Shown here piece after piece: positions 47,220-56,221 of a stretch of 64,000 bases of DNA. The position numbers were made by a program, and so were the translations under genes. Under the pieces are notes generated by a model. That model worked only from the letters and a program-made list of their open reading frames with translations. It ran no database searches and was not told where the DNA came from. The stretch's first letter is position 1. Every line of letters begins with the position of its first letter. The stretch lies in NCBI GenBank assembly GCA_051860465.1, contig JBHYDY010000008.1, positions 35,876 to 99,875 of the forward strand, read 5' to 3'. The DNA is from Mesorhizobium sp. (GTDB lineage: Bacteria; Pseudomonadota; Alphaproteobacteria; Rhizobiales; Rhizobiaceae).

Positions 47220-48311
47220 TCACTCCGCCGGGCCAGTCGCGGCGCGGAAGGCGCCGAAAGGCGAGCCCTCGATCAGGTAGGCGAGGCCCATGCGTGCGCC
47301 GAGGAAGATCGAGGCCATCACGACTGGCGCCGATATCGCCAGCGCCGAGACGGCCGTGACACCCTGCCCGATCGTGCAGCCCATGGCGAAGACGCCGCCG
47401 ACCCCCATCAGCACCCCTCCCGCCAGATGGCGGCCGAGTTCGCGGGCGTCGTCGCAGGCTTCCCAGCGCACGTCGCGCTTCCACAGCGCACAGCCGGCCG
47501 CACCAAGCACCACGCCGACGACGAGCCCGACGCCATAGTCCGGCAGGACGCCGGTGAAGGCAACGAACTGCAGGATCGTGTCGGATACCGGAACGACGAA
47601 GGAACCAGCCTCGATCTGGACGATCTCGAACGAATGCGCCGCGGCGTGGCTGGTCGCCCACCAACCGAAGCCGATGACGAGGCCGACCGTGGCGCCCGTC
47701 GCGATGGAGTCGAACCGGCGTCGATAGTCGGCGGACGAGAAGATCCAGCCCAGCATGGCAAGCGCGACGACCGCGGTGACGACCAGGGTGAGATCGGCGT
47801 TGGCGACATGGCCGATGATGGCGCCGAGCGACTGTCCGCCGACGCCGGAGAGGTCTATGGCGAAGTTGTCGGACAGCGTGACACGCGCCTGGGCGATGAC
47901 GCCCTTCTGCGCCGACATGGCGGAAAGCCCGAGCACGATCAGCACGATCAGCGAACGAAGGCTGCCGCCGCCGAGTCGCACCAGGGCGCCGAAGCCGCAG
48001 GTGCCGACGAGAGCCATGCCGAAACCGAAGAAGACGCCACCGACGATGGCGCCGACCCAGGCGAAATCCGAGCGGATGTAGAAGCTTTCGGCGGTCTCGA
48101 CATAGCCTGCCGCCTGAAGCGACTGGGTCGCGACCAGAGCGACCACGGCCGCCAGCATCCAGGTCCGGAGCCCGCGCCCGTCACCGGCGTACCAGTAGCG
48201 TTCCAGCCCGGACATGGTGCAGAAATGGTTGGCCCTCGCGGCAAAGCCGAGGACGGCGCCCGCGCACAGGCCGGCAGCCGGAAGGAACCACGCATAGGTG
48301 GCCAGGCTCAT
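47220..48311 (-). CDS. YeeE/YedE-family sulfur-compound transporter (SoxT-like)
   Basis: Polytopic membrane protein with two FCTMSG / GCTIGQG-type Cys motifs. Position is upstream of soxR. Confidence 0.75.
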   Translation of the reverse strand: MSLATYAWFLPAAGLCAGAVLGFAARANHFCTMSGLERYWYAGDGRGLRTWMLAAVVALVATQSLQAAGYVETAESFYIRSDFAWVGAIVGGVFFGFGMALVGTCGFGALVRLGGGSLRSLIVLIVLGLSAMSAQKGVIAQARVTLSDNFAIDLSGVGGQSLGAIIGHVANADLTLVVTAVVALAMLGWIFSSADYRRRFDSIATGATVGLVIGFGWWATSHAAAHSFEIVQIEAGSFVVPVSDTILQFVAFTGVLPDYGVGLVVGVVLGAAGCALWKRDVRWEACDDARELGRHLAGGVLMGVGGVFAMGCTIGQGVTAVSALAISAPVVMASIFLGARMGLAYLIEGSPFGAFRAATGPAE

Positions 48312-48362
48312 TCTTCCCTCCCTTGGGCTTGCGCCCACCGGCAGGTCTGGAGCCTGCCTTGT

Positions 48363-48767
48363 CTAGCCGGCGTCGTTGGCCGACGCCCCGTTCTTCTCGT
48401 TCTTCTCCGGATTTCGCACCGGAGCGCAAAAGAGGTTGTACAGTGTTTCGATCACCGAGGACACTTCCTTGCTGGCGATCGAATAGTAGATGACGCGCCC
48501 TTCCCGGCGGGTGTTGACCAAGCGGTCGAAGCGCAGGCGCGCGAGTTGCTGCGACACGGCAGCCTGGGGAAGCCGCATCGCTTCCTCGAGCTCGGACACC
48601 GACTTCTCGCCCTCCGAAAGGAGGCATAGAATCAGAAGGCGCCCTTCATGGGCGAGCGCCTTGAGGAGTTCGCTGGCTTCACGCGCCTGGGCGAGCAGGT
48701 CGTTGAACTGCTCGGGCGTCTGGGCGTCCTTGATGTTGGGAAGGCTCATGAGAACGGAATAGACCAT
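48363..48767 (-). CDS. soxR: ArsR-family repressor of sox genes
   Basis: ALAHEGRLLILCLLSEGEKSVSELEEAMRLPQAAVSQQLARLRFDRLV winged-helix region. Synteny soxT-soxR-soxS. Confidence 0.85.
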   Translation of the reverse strand: MVYSVLMSLPNIKDAQTPEQFNDLLAQAREASELLKALAHEGRLLILCLLSEGEKSVSELEEAMRLPQAAVSQQLARLRFDRLVNTRREGRVIYYSIASKEVSSVIETLYNLFCAPVRNPEKNEKNGASANDAG

Positions 48768-48875
48768 CTGACTTCTTCGACGTCATTTCGACATGGCGCG
48801 ATCCGTGCCAAATGTCCAGATCGCACGGCCTGATCCAGGTCAAGGGATCGTGATTTCCCAATGCCGAGACAAGCG

Positions 48876-49244
48876 TCAGCGCCGGTCCGGGAGCAGCGCC
48901 AGAAGTTCACCGACACGGAACCAGAAGAACTCGTCGCCGACATAGCCCCGGATGCGGCCGATCTCGCGACCTTCATCCAGAAGGACGAATGTCGGCGTGA
49001 AACGCTCCCGCGCAATACCGTCGAGGTCGGCCGGCCATGGCTCGGTGATGTCGACGCGCCTGAGGGGCGCGCGTCGCCCCTCCTCGGTCTTCGGCCAGGC
49101 GGGTGCTATCTGCGCGTCGAACTGCGCGCACCAGACGCAACCCGGCTGCTCCAGCATCAGCAGTTCCGCCGCCTGCACCCTTGCCGAAGCCGCAAGGACA
49201 CCCCCCGCCACAAGGCCGCACCAAGCCAATCCCGCAAGCTTCAT
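48876..49244 (-). CDS. soxS: Periplasmic thioredoxin-like protein
   Basis: Signal peptide MKLAGLAWCGLVAGGVLAASA and CVWC redox motif. It is the short real gene inside a 617-aa shadow ORF. Confidence 0.8.
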   Translation of the reverse strand: MKLAGLAWCGLVAGGVLAASARVQAAELLMLEQPGCVWCAQFDAQIAPAWPKTEEGRRAPLRRVDITEPWPADLDGIARERFTPTFVLLDEGREIGRIRGYVGDEFFWFRVGELLALLPDRR

Positions 49245-49263
49245 GGTCCAGCGTCCCTCTGTT

Positions 49264-49292
49264 GGATATAAATATAGCATTCTTTGAATGCT
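49264..49292. promoter_or_regulatory. Candidate SoxR operator in the divergent soxS-soxV intergenic region
   Basis: Perfect palindrome GCATTC-TTT-GAATGC (49277-49291) inside the only AT-rich patch of the intergenic region. Confidence 0.45.
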
Positions 49293-49334
49293 TCTGCCAA
49301 GGTGATGCCGTATCGCGTGGCATTGGGAGGAACG

Positions 49335-50069
49335 ATGCTGGATGTCAGTCTTGGCGGAGCGCTGCTTGCGGGGCTCCTGTCGTTCGTCTCGCCGTGCGTC
49401 CTGCCCATCGTGCCGCCCTATCTCGCATGGCTGGCCGGGGTCAGCTTCGACGAGTTGAAGGACACCGAACCGGGCGCCACGCAGCGGCGGCGGGTGGTCA
49501 TCGCCGCGATTGCCTTCGTGCTCGGCTTCGCCACGGTGTTCATCGCGCTGGGCGCGACGGCGAGCGTCGTCGGCAGGTCCATCGCGCAGTATTTCGACAC
49601 GCTGTCGGTCATCGCCGGCATCATCATCATCATCATGGGCCTGCATTTCCTGGGCGTCTTCCGGATCGGGATGCTGTACCGCGAGGCGCGGGTGCAGGTC
49701 GCCCGGAAGCCGGCCGGCGTGGTGGGCGCCTATGTCATCGGCCTTGCCTTCGCCTTCGGCTGGACGCCCTGCGTCGGGCCGGTGCTGGCCGCCATCCTGT
49801 TCATCGCCGGCAGCGAGGGAAGTGCTGCCCAGGGCGCCTTGCTGCTTGCGGCTTATTCTCTGGGCATCGGCATTCCCTTCGTGCTCGCGGCCTTGTTTGC
49901 CAGCCGTTTCCTCGGCTGGGCCGCGCGCTTCAAGCGCCACATGCACAAGATCGAGATGGCGATGGGCGCACTGCTCGTGGTCACCGGCATCCTGTTCATC
50001 ACCGGCCAGATGTCGACCATCTCGTTCTGGCTCCTCGAAACGTTCCCGATCTTCCAGACCATCGGATAG
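49335..50069 (+). CDS. soxV: CcdA/DsbD-like membrane thiol-disulfide transporter
   Basis: LLSFVSPCVLPIVPPYL and FGWTPCVGPVLAAIL motifs; six TM segments. Start is 49335 or 49284. Confidence 0.85.
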   Translation: MLDVSLGGALLAGLLSFVSPCVLPIVPPYLAWLAGVSFDELKDTEPGATQRRRVVIAAIAFVLGFATVFIALGATASVVGRSIAQYFDTLSVIAGIIIIIMGLHFLGVFRIGMLYREARVQVARKPAGVVGAYVIGLAFAFGWTPCVGPVLAAILFIAGSEGSAAQGALLLAAYSLGIGIPFVLAALFASRFLGWAARFKRHMHKIEMAMGALLVVTGILFITGQMSTISFWLLETFPIFQTIG

Positions 50070-50078
50070 GAGGTTCCC

Positions 50079-50675
50079 ATGTCCCGGATCGCATTGCTCA
50101 TCGTCGCTTTCTTCGCGGCCACTTTCGCCCTGCCCGCGGCGGCGGTCGAGGTCGGCGAGGATGGTCTTCACAAGCAGGAGTGGTTCACGATCACCTTCCG
50201 CGACCTGGCCGAGGACATTGACTACGCCCGCGGCGAGGGCAAGCGCCTGGCCATCACCTTCGAGCAGCGCGGCTGCATCTACTGCCGTGACATGCACGAG
50301 AAGCTGCTCTCCGACCCCGAGGTGCGCGACTACATCCGCGAAAACTACATCATGGTGCAATACAACATGTTCGGCGACGAGGAAGTCACCGATCTTGACG
50401 GCGACGTGCTGACCGAGAAAACAGCCGCCCGGAAATGGGGCTACGTCTTCACGCCGACCATCGTCTTCCTGCCGGAGGACGTCCCCGAAGGCGGCTCGGT
50501 GGCTCAGGCCGCGGTAGCGACGATGCCCGGTGCTTTCGGCAAGTGGACCTTCCTCAACATGTTCAAGTGGGTGAACGAGAAGGGTTACGAAAGCGGCGAG
50601 CACTTCCAGCACTACCACGCCCGGATCATCAACGAACTGCGCGCGGCGGGCCGACTCGGCGACGGCGACGACTGA
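50079..50675 (+). CDS. soxW: Periplasmic thioredoxin
   Basis: Signal peptide, CIYC motif in FEQRGCIYCRDMHEK. Confidence 0.85.
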   Translation: MSRIALLIVAFFAATFALPAAAVEVGEDGLHKQEWFTITFRDLAEDIDYARGEGKRLAITFEQRGCIYCRDMHEKLLSDPEVRDYIRENYIMVQYNMFGDEEVTDLDGDVLTEKTAARKWGYVFTPTIVFLPEDVPEGGSVAQAAVATMPGAFGKWTFLNMFKWVNEKGYESGEHFQHYHARIINELRAAGRLGDGDD

Positions 50676-50726
50676 ACCGCGACTGCATGGAACCCTCCCC
50701 GGCGGGGGCGTCCGAGAGCTTCGCGG

Positions 50727-50758
50727 CAATACATGCAGAAATTCATATTTTTGTATTG
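50727..50758 (+). promoter_or_regulatory. AT-rich inverted repeat upstream of soxX (candidate operator/promoter)
   Basis: CAATACA-N18-TGTATTG enclosing agaaattcatat, which is similar to the site before soxC. Confidence 0.4.
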
Positions 50759-50838
50759 ATTAGTGTCCGGACCCGATCTATCGTCGCAAATGGAGGAACG
50801 GATCGCCCCGGCGACCCGACAGGTTGGAGGAGAACAAC

Positions 50839-51303
50839 ATGAGGCGCATTCTCGCGGGCGCGGCCTGTGCCATGGCGCTGGCCCTGTATCCGCTGGCGGC
50901 ATCTGCCGGCGAGATCGCCCCCGGCGACGTCGCGTTCGAGGACATGAAGGTGGCGGTCCCGCTGACAGGCGTGCCCGGCAATCCCGAGGAAGGCGCCAAG
51001 GCATTCGCGAACAGAGGCCTCGGCAACTGCCTCGCCTGCCATGCGCTCGACGCCCTCTCCAAGGAACAGTTCCACGGCGACGTGGCGCCACCGCTGGACG
51101 GCGTTGCTGACCGCTGGTCGCCCGAGGAGCTTCGCGCCATCATCGTCGATTCCAAGCAGGTCTTCACGGAAGAGACCATGATGCCGGGCTTCTACAGTCT
51201 CAACGTCGGAATAAACGTGCGCAAGGATCTGGTCGGCAAGACGATCCTGACGGCGCAGCAGGTCGAGGACGTCGTGGCCTTCCTGGCCACGCTCAAGGAA
51301 TAG
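50839..51303 (+). CDS. soxX: Monoheme cytochrome c SoxX
   Basis: Signal peptide, CLACH heme motif, GGAGGAG Shine-Dalgarno sequence. Confidence 0.88.
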   Translation: MRRILAGAACAMALALYPLAASAGEIAPGDVAFEDMKVAVPLTGVPGNPEEGAKAFANRGLGNCLACHALDALSKEQFHGDVAPPLDGVADRWSPEELRAIIVDSKQVFTEETMMPGFYSLNVGINVRKDLVGKTILTAQQVEDVVAFLATLKE

Positions 51304-51318
51304 AAAGAGGAGGTTCGC

Positions 51319-51774
51319 ATGACACTATCGAGGCGTCGTGTGCTGATGCTGGCCGCCGGAGCGGCGGCCATTCCCGCGCTGCAGCTTCTTCCGGGCGCGG
51401 CTTTTGCCGCGGCCGAGGACGTTGCCAAGATGATGGCGGATTTTTCCGGCGGCAAGGAACCGCAGTCCGGCAAGATCACCCTGACGGCACCGGAAATCGC
51501 CGAGAACGGCAATACCGTGCCGATCTCCGTCGATGTCGCGAGCGCCATGGAGGGCGACGACATGGTCGATGCCGTCCTGATCCTCGCCGACGGCAATCCC
51601 AGGCCCGAGGTCGCCACCTTCCACTTCACCGCGATGAGCGGAAGTGCGGCCGCCACCACGCGCATGCGCCTGGCCAGGACCCAGAACGTGATCGCGCTGG
51701 CGCGGATGGCGGACGGTTCTGTCTACATGGACAAGAAGGAAGTGAAGGTCACCATCGGCGGCTGCGGCGGCTGA
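51319..51774 (+). CDS. soxY: Sulfur-carrier protein SoxY
   Basis: Tat signal SRRRVLMLAAG and the diagnostic C-terminal GGCGG. Confidence 0.93.
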   Translation: MTLSRRRVLMLAAGAAAIPALQLLPGAAFAAAEDVAKMMADFSGGKEPQSGKITLTAPEIAENGNTVPISVDVASAMEGDDMVDAVLILADGNPRPEVATFHFTAMSGSAAATTRMRLARTQNVIALARMADGSVYMDKKEVKVTIGGCGG

Positions 51775-51801
51775 GGCAGAAATCTTCGGAGGAACGAAAA
51801 C

Positions 51802-52125
51802 ATGTCATCCAAGCCCAGGGTCAAGGTACCCAAGACCGCGTCCGCAGGCGAGGTGATCGTCATCAAGACGCTCATAAGCCACGAGATGGAGTCCGGCCAG
51901 CGCAAGGACAAGGACGGAAATCCGATCCCGCGCAAGATCATCAACAAGTTCTCGTGCGAGTTCAACGGCCAGCCCGTGTTCTCCTGCGATCTCGATCCGG
52001 CCATCTCCGCCAACCCGTATTTCGAGTTCAGCGCCAAGGTGCCGGAGAGCGGAACCTTCAAGTTCACCTGGGTGGACGACGACGGGTCCGTCTACACCGA
52101 CGAGCAATCCATCAAGGTCGAATAG
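51802..52125 (+). CDS. soxZ: SoxZ
   Basis: 107 aa immediately after soxY. KTASAGEVIVIKTLISHEMESG pattern. Confidence 0.9.
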   Translation: MSSKPRVKVPKTASAGEVIVIKTLISHEMESGQRKDKDGNPIPRKIINKFSCEFNGQPVFSCDLDPAISANPYFEFSAKVPESGTFKFTWVDDDGSVYTDEQSIKVE

Positions 52126-52164
52126 GCCAGACCCGCGGCTGAGGGGCCGCGGTCCAGCGGGAGG

Positions 52165-53031
52165 ATGAACGTGGAGAGGATTTCACTGGCGGCCGGTGCT
52201 GCCCTGTGTCTGCTGTTGACCGGACTTGCGGTCGAGCGGGCCTTCGGCGAACCGGTTGACGATACGCTCGAAATCGATGGCGCGCCGATGATCACCCGAA
52301 CGGCGGCGCCGGAGGGGCATCCCTTCGACGAGGTGCTGTCGGGATGGCTTTTCCGAGAGGCGGAGACGCGGGCGACACAGGAAGATTCCTTCGAGAATCC
52401 GGGCATGCTCGCCGTCGAGCGTGGCAGCGAGATCTGGGAAACGGTCGACGGGTCGATGGGCAAGTCCTGCGCCTCCTGCCACGACGACGCGGCGGCGTCC
52501 ATGAAGGACGTCGGCGCGACCTATCCCAAGTGGGACGCGGACGCCAAGCGGCCGATCAACGTCGAGTTGCAGATCGACAAGTGTCGCGTCGAGAACATGG
52601 GGGCCGAACCCTACAAGTTCGACGACGACGACCAGCAGTCCCTCACGGCCTTCGTCAAGCACCAGTCGCTCGGCAAGCCGGTCGAGATCGACCTGACCGA
52701 GGGCGAGCTCCAGGCGTGGTGGGAGAAGGGCAAGGACGTCTACTACACGCGCAACGGCCAGCTGAACTTCTCATGCTCCTCATGCCACGAGGCCTCGGTG
52801 GGCAAGTACATCCGGGCCGACCATCTGAGCCAGGGGCAGGTCAACGGCTTTCCGACCTACCGGTTCAACACGGCCGGGATGGTGTCGCTGCACAATCGCT
52901 TCCGCGGCTGCATCCGCGACACGCGCGCCGAGATGCCGAAGGCGTTCTCGGACGAACTCATGGCGCTCGAGGTCTACGTGACCTGGCGCGGGACCGGCCT
53001 GTCGGTCGAGACCCCGGCCGTCCGCCAGTAG
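52165..53031 (+). CDS. soxA: Diheme cytochrome c SoxA
   Basis: CASCH and CSSCH heme motifs; conserved RFRGCIRD segment carrying the SoxA Cys ligand. Confidence 0.9.
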   Translation: MNVERISLAAGAALCLLLTGLAVERAFGEPVDDTLEIDGAPMITRTAAPEGHPFDEVLSGWLFREAETRATQEDSFENPGMLAVERGSEIWETVDGSMGKSCASCHDDAAASMKDVGATYPKWDADAKRPINVELQIDKCRVENMGAEPYKFDDDDQQSLTAFVKHQSLGKPVEIDLTEGELQAWWEKGKDVYYTRNGQLNFSCSSCHEASVGKYIRADHLSQGQVNGFPTYRFNTAGMVSLHNRFRGCIRDTRAEMPKAFSDELMALEVYVTWRGTGLSVETPAVRQ

Positions 53032-53117
53032 GATCGACTGGCCGCATCAGCCGCACCCGGCGGGATCGTTCGCCGGGACCGGATCATTGCATCTTTGCGC
53101 CGGCCACAGGACTGACG

Positions 53118-54818
53118 ATGAGCCATACAAGACGCGATTTCCTCCAGTTCGCCCTCAATGCGAGCGTGGCGCTCGGCGCGGCGGGCTATGCCGCCAATCC
53201 GTTGCGGGCGCTCGCCCAGCAGATGCTGACGCAAGCGGATCTTCTGCGCTTCGATGCGAAGGGTCAGATCACGCTCCTGCATTTCACCGATGTCCATGCG
53301 CAGCTCCTGCCGGTCTACTTCCGCCCCCCGGACACCAATATCGGCGTCGGCGCCTTCGCAGGGATTCCCCCGCATCTGGTGGGGGAGGACTTCCTGAAGG
53401 AATTCGGCATCGAACGCGGCAGCGCCTATGCCTACGCGCATACATTCCTCGACTATGTCGATCTGGCGCGCAGCTACGGCCGGCTGGGCGGTCTCGACCG
53501 CACGGCGACCCTCGTCAAGGCGATCCGCGCCGAGCGCGGCGACGACAAGGTGCTCTTCCTCGACGGCGGCGACACCTGGCAGGGCTCCTACACCTCGCTC
53601 AAGACCGCGGGCCAGGACATGGTCGAGTGCATGGCGCTGTTGATGCCCGATGCGATGACAGGGCACTGGGAGTTCACTTTCGGCGAGGATCGCTTCACGG
53701 AGATCGTCGAAAGCCAGGCCTATCCCTTCCTCGCCTCCAACATCTTCGATGCAGAATGGGACGAGCCCGTCTTCGAGCACACCAAGATGTTCGAGAAGGG
53801 CGGCGTCCAGGTCGCGGTCATCGGCCAGGCGATGCCATACACACCGATCGCCAATCCGCGCTGGATGTTCCCGCAATGGTCGTTCGGCATCCGCCCCGAC
53901 GTCCTGCAGGCGAACGTCGACGCGGCCCGGGCCGCGGGCGCCGAGGTCGTGGTGCTGATCTCGCACAACGGGTTCGACGTCGACCGCAAGCTGGCCACGG
54001 TCGTTTCCGGCATCGACGTGATTTTGACCGGCCACACCCACGACGCCGTGCCGGAGGCGGTACGCGTGCAGGACACGCTGATCCTGTCATCGGGTTCGCA
54101 CGGAAAATTCCTCGGACGCGTCGATCTCGAGGTCGCCAACGGCAAGGTCACGGGCTCGAGCTCGAAACTGATCCCCGTCTTTTCCGACGTTATCGCATCG
54201 GATCCGGAGATGGCGGCCAAGATCGCCGAGGTACGGGCGCCCTACGAGGCGGAGACGGCCGAGGTGCTCGGGCGCACCGAGTCGCTGCTCTATCGGCGTG
54301 GCAATTTCAACGGCACCTGGGACGACCTGATCTGCCAGGGGATCATCGAGGAGCGCGACACCCAGATCGCTCTGTCGCCGGGTTTTCGGTGGGGAACGAC
54401 GCTTCTGCCCGGACAGGACATCACCCGCGACGATCTCTATGCGGAGACGTCGATGAGCTATCCGGCGGTCTACCGCAACGAGATGACCGGCCAGCAGTTG
54501 AAGGAGGTGCTGGAGGATGTCTGCGACAACCTCTTCAACCCCGACCCCTTCCTGCAGCAGGGTGGCGACATGGTGCGCGTCGGCGGGATGACCTACACCT
54601 GCGGCGTCAATGGGACGATCGGCAACCGCATTTCAGACATGCGGCTGTCGGCGACCGGTGAGCCCATCGACCCCGGCAAGACTTACGTCGTGGGCGGATG
54701 GGCGTCCGTGAACGAAGGTGTCGAGGGTCCGGCCATCTATGATCTGATGGAAGGCTTCATCCGTCGCAGGGGAACGGTGAACGTTCCCGACGAGCGGACC
54801 GTCAAGATCGTGATGTGA
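53118..54818 (+). CDS. soxB: Thiosulfohydrolase SoxB
   Basis: Tat signal SHTRRDFLQFAL. Metallophosphoesterase/5'-nucleotidase motifs LLHFTDVHAQ, GGDTWQGS, GHWEF, ISHNG, GHTH. Confidence 0.93.
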   Translation: MSHTRRDFLQFALNASVALGAAGYAANPLRALAQQMLTQADLLRFDAKGQITLLHFTDVHAQLLPVYFRPPDTNIGVGAFAGIPPHLVGEDFLKEFGIERGSAYAYAHTFLDYVDLARSYGRLGGLDRTATLVKAIRAERGDDKVLFLDGGDTWQGSYTSLKTAGQDMVECMALLMPDAMTGHWEFTFGEDRFTEIVESQAYPFLASNIFDAEWDEPVFEHTKMFEKGGVQVAVIGQAMPYTPIANPRWMFPQWSFGIRPDVLQANVDAARAAGAEVVVLISHNGFDVDRKLATVVSGIDVILTGHTHDAVPEAVRVQDTLILSSGSHGKFLGRVDLEVANGKVTGSSSKLIPVFSDVIASDPEMAAKIAEVRAPYEAETAEVLGRTESLLYRRGNFNGTWDDLICQGIIEERDTQIALSPGFRWGTTLLPGQDITRDDLYAETSMSYPAVYRNEMTGQQLKEVLEDVCDNLFNPDPFLQQGGDMVRVGGMTYTCGVNGTIGNRISDMRLSATGEPIDPGKTYVVGGWASVNEGVEGPAIYDLMEGFIRRRGTVNVPDERTVKIVM

Positions 54819-54896
54819 CACCGCCGGCAACGACCGGGCCGTTCGCTCGCTCGCATGTCGTGGGTCGGGCGCGAACAAACTGATTGACTGCATCGC

Positions 54897-54927
54897 CAAT
54901 ACATATAAGAATTCATATGTAACTATC
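54897..54927 (+). promoter_or_regulatory. AT-rich imperfect palindrome between soxB and soxC (candidate internal promoter/operator)
   Basis: ACATAT-aagaattc-ATATGT. Preceded by caatacat, as at the soxX site. Confidence 0.35.
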
Positions 54928-54949
54928 TTCGGATGTCTGGGAGGAGCCG

Positions 54950-56221
54950 ATGACTACGAATGCGCGCCCCGTCGCGTCGCGCCGCGCCATTCTGAAGGGC
55001 GGGCTCATGGGCGCGGCCGCCCTCGCGGGCGGAGCGACGGCAAGCCGCGCCGCCGCCAGCGAGAGCTTGATCACCGAAATCCAGGACTGGAACCGGTATC
55101 CCGGCGATGGCGTGGACGCCCGGCCCTATGGAAAACCGTCGGAGTTCGAGGCGCATGTGGTGCGCAAGAACGTGCCTTGGCTCACGTCCGACGCGATCTC
55201 GTCGGTCAACTTCACTCCGCTGCATGAGCTTGACGGCATCATCACCCCGAGCGGGCTCTGTTTCGAGCGTCATCATGCCGGGATCGCCGAGATCGAACCC
55301 GCCAACCACCGCCTGATGATCCATGGGCTCGTCGAGCGGCCGCTCGTCTTCACCATGGCGGATCTGAAGCGCTTCCCGCGCGAGAACAAGGTCTACTTCC
55401 TGGAATGCGCGGCCAATACGGGCATGGAGTGGCGCGGTGCGCAGCTCAATGGCTGCCAGTTCACCCACGGCATGATCCATTGCCTGATGTACACCGGGGT
55501 ACGGCTCAAGCACCTGCTCGACGAGGCGGGGGTGAAGACGGAAGGCAAGTGGCTGCTTGCCGAAGGCGCCGATGCTTCGGGCATGAGCCGTTCTATCCCG
55601 CTCGACAAGGCGCTGGACGACTGCATGGTGGCCTTCGGCATGAACGGCGAGGCGCTTCGGCCCGAGCAGGGCTATCCGATCCGCCTGGTGGTTCCCGGCT
55701 GGGAAGGCAACATGTGGGTCAAGTGGCTGCGCCGGCTCGAGATCGGCGACCAGCCCTGGCAGCACCGCGAGGAAACCTCGAAGTACACCGACCTGATGGC
55801 GAACGGGAAGGCGCGGCGTTTCACCTTCGAGATGGACGTGAAGTCGGTCATCACCAATCCGAGCCCGCAGGCCCCGATCCTGCATGGGCGCGGGCCACTG
55901 GTGCTGTCGGGCCTCGCCTGGTCCGGCAAGGGGCGCATCAGCCGAGTGGACGTCACGACCGACGGCGGTCGCAACTGGACGACTGCGCGGCTCGACGGAC
56001 CGAGCCTGCCCAAGGCGTTGCATCGGTTCTACCACGAGTTCGACTGGGACGGTTCGGAACTGTTCCTGCAATCGCGGGCGATCGACGAACATGGTTTCGT
56101 ACAGCCGACGAAGGATCAGTTGCGTTCCGTGCGCGGCGCGAACTCGATCTATCACAACAACGGCATCCAGACCTGGCACGTCAACTCCGACGGAGTGATC
56201 GAGAATGTGGAAGTCTCCTAA
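54950..56221 (+). CDS. soxC: Sulfane dehydrogenase molybdopterin subunit SoxC
   Basis: Tat signal SRRAILKGGLMGAA; sulfite-oxidase-family Mo-domain pattern ...YFLECAANTG.... Confidence 0.9.
   Translation: MTTNARPVASRRAILKGGLMGAAALAGGATASRAAASESLITEIQDWNRYPGDGVDARPYGKPSEFEAHVVRKNVPWLTSDAISSVNFTPLHELDGIITPSGLCFERHHAGIAEIEPANHRLMIHGLVERPLVFTMADLKRFPRENKVYFLECAANTGMEWRGAQLNGCQFTHGMIHCLMYTGVRLKHLLDEAGVKTEGKWLLAEGADASGMSRSIPLDKALDDCMVAFGMNGEALRPEQGYPIRLVVPGWEGNMWVKWLRRLEIGDQPWQHREETSKYTDLMANGKARRFTFEMDVKSVITNPSPQAPILHGRGPLVLSGLAWSGKGRISRVDVTTDGGRNWTTARLDGPSLPKALHRFYHEFDWDGSELFLQSRAIDEHGFVQPTKDQLRSVRGANSIYHNNGIQTWHVNSDGVIENVEVS

Noticed and set aside
48876-50729. 617-aa minus-strand ORF spanning the soxS-soxV-soxW region
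   Set aside because: Only its last 122 codons (48876-49244; signal peptide plus CVWC thioredoxin motif) look like a real gene, soxS. The rest is antisense to soxV and soxW and has shadow-frame composition.
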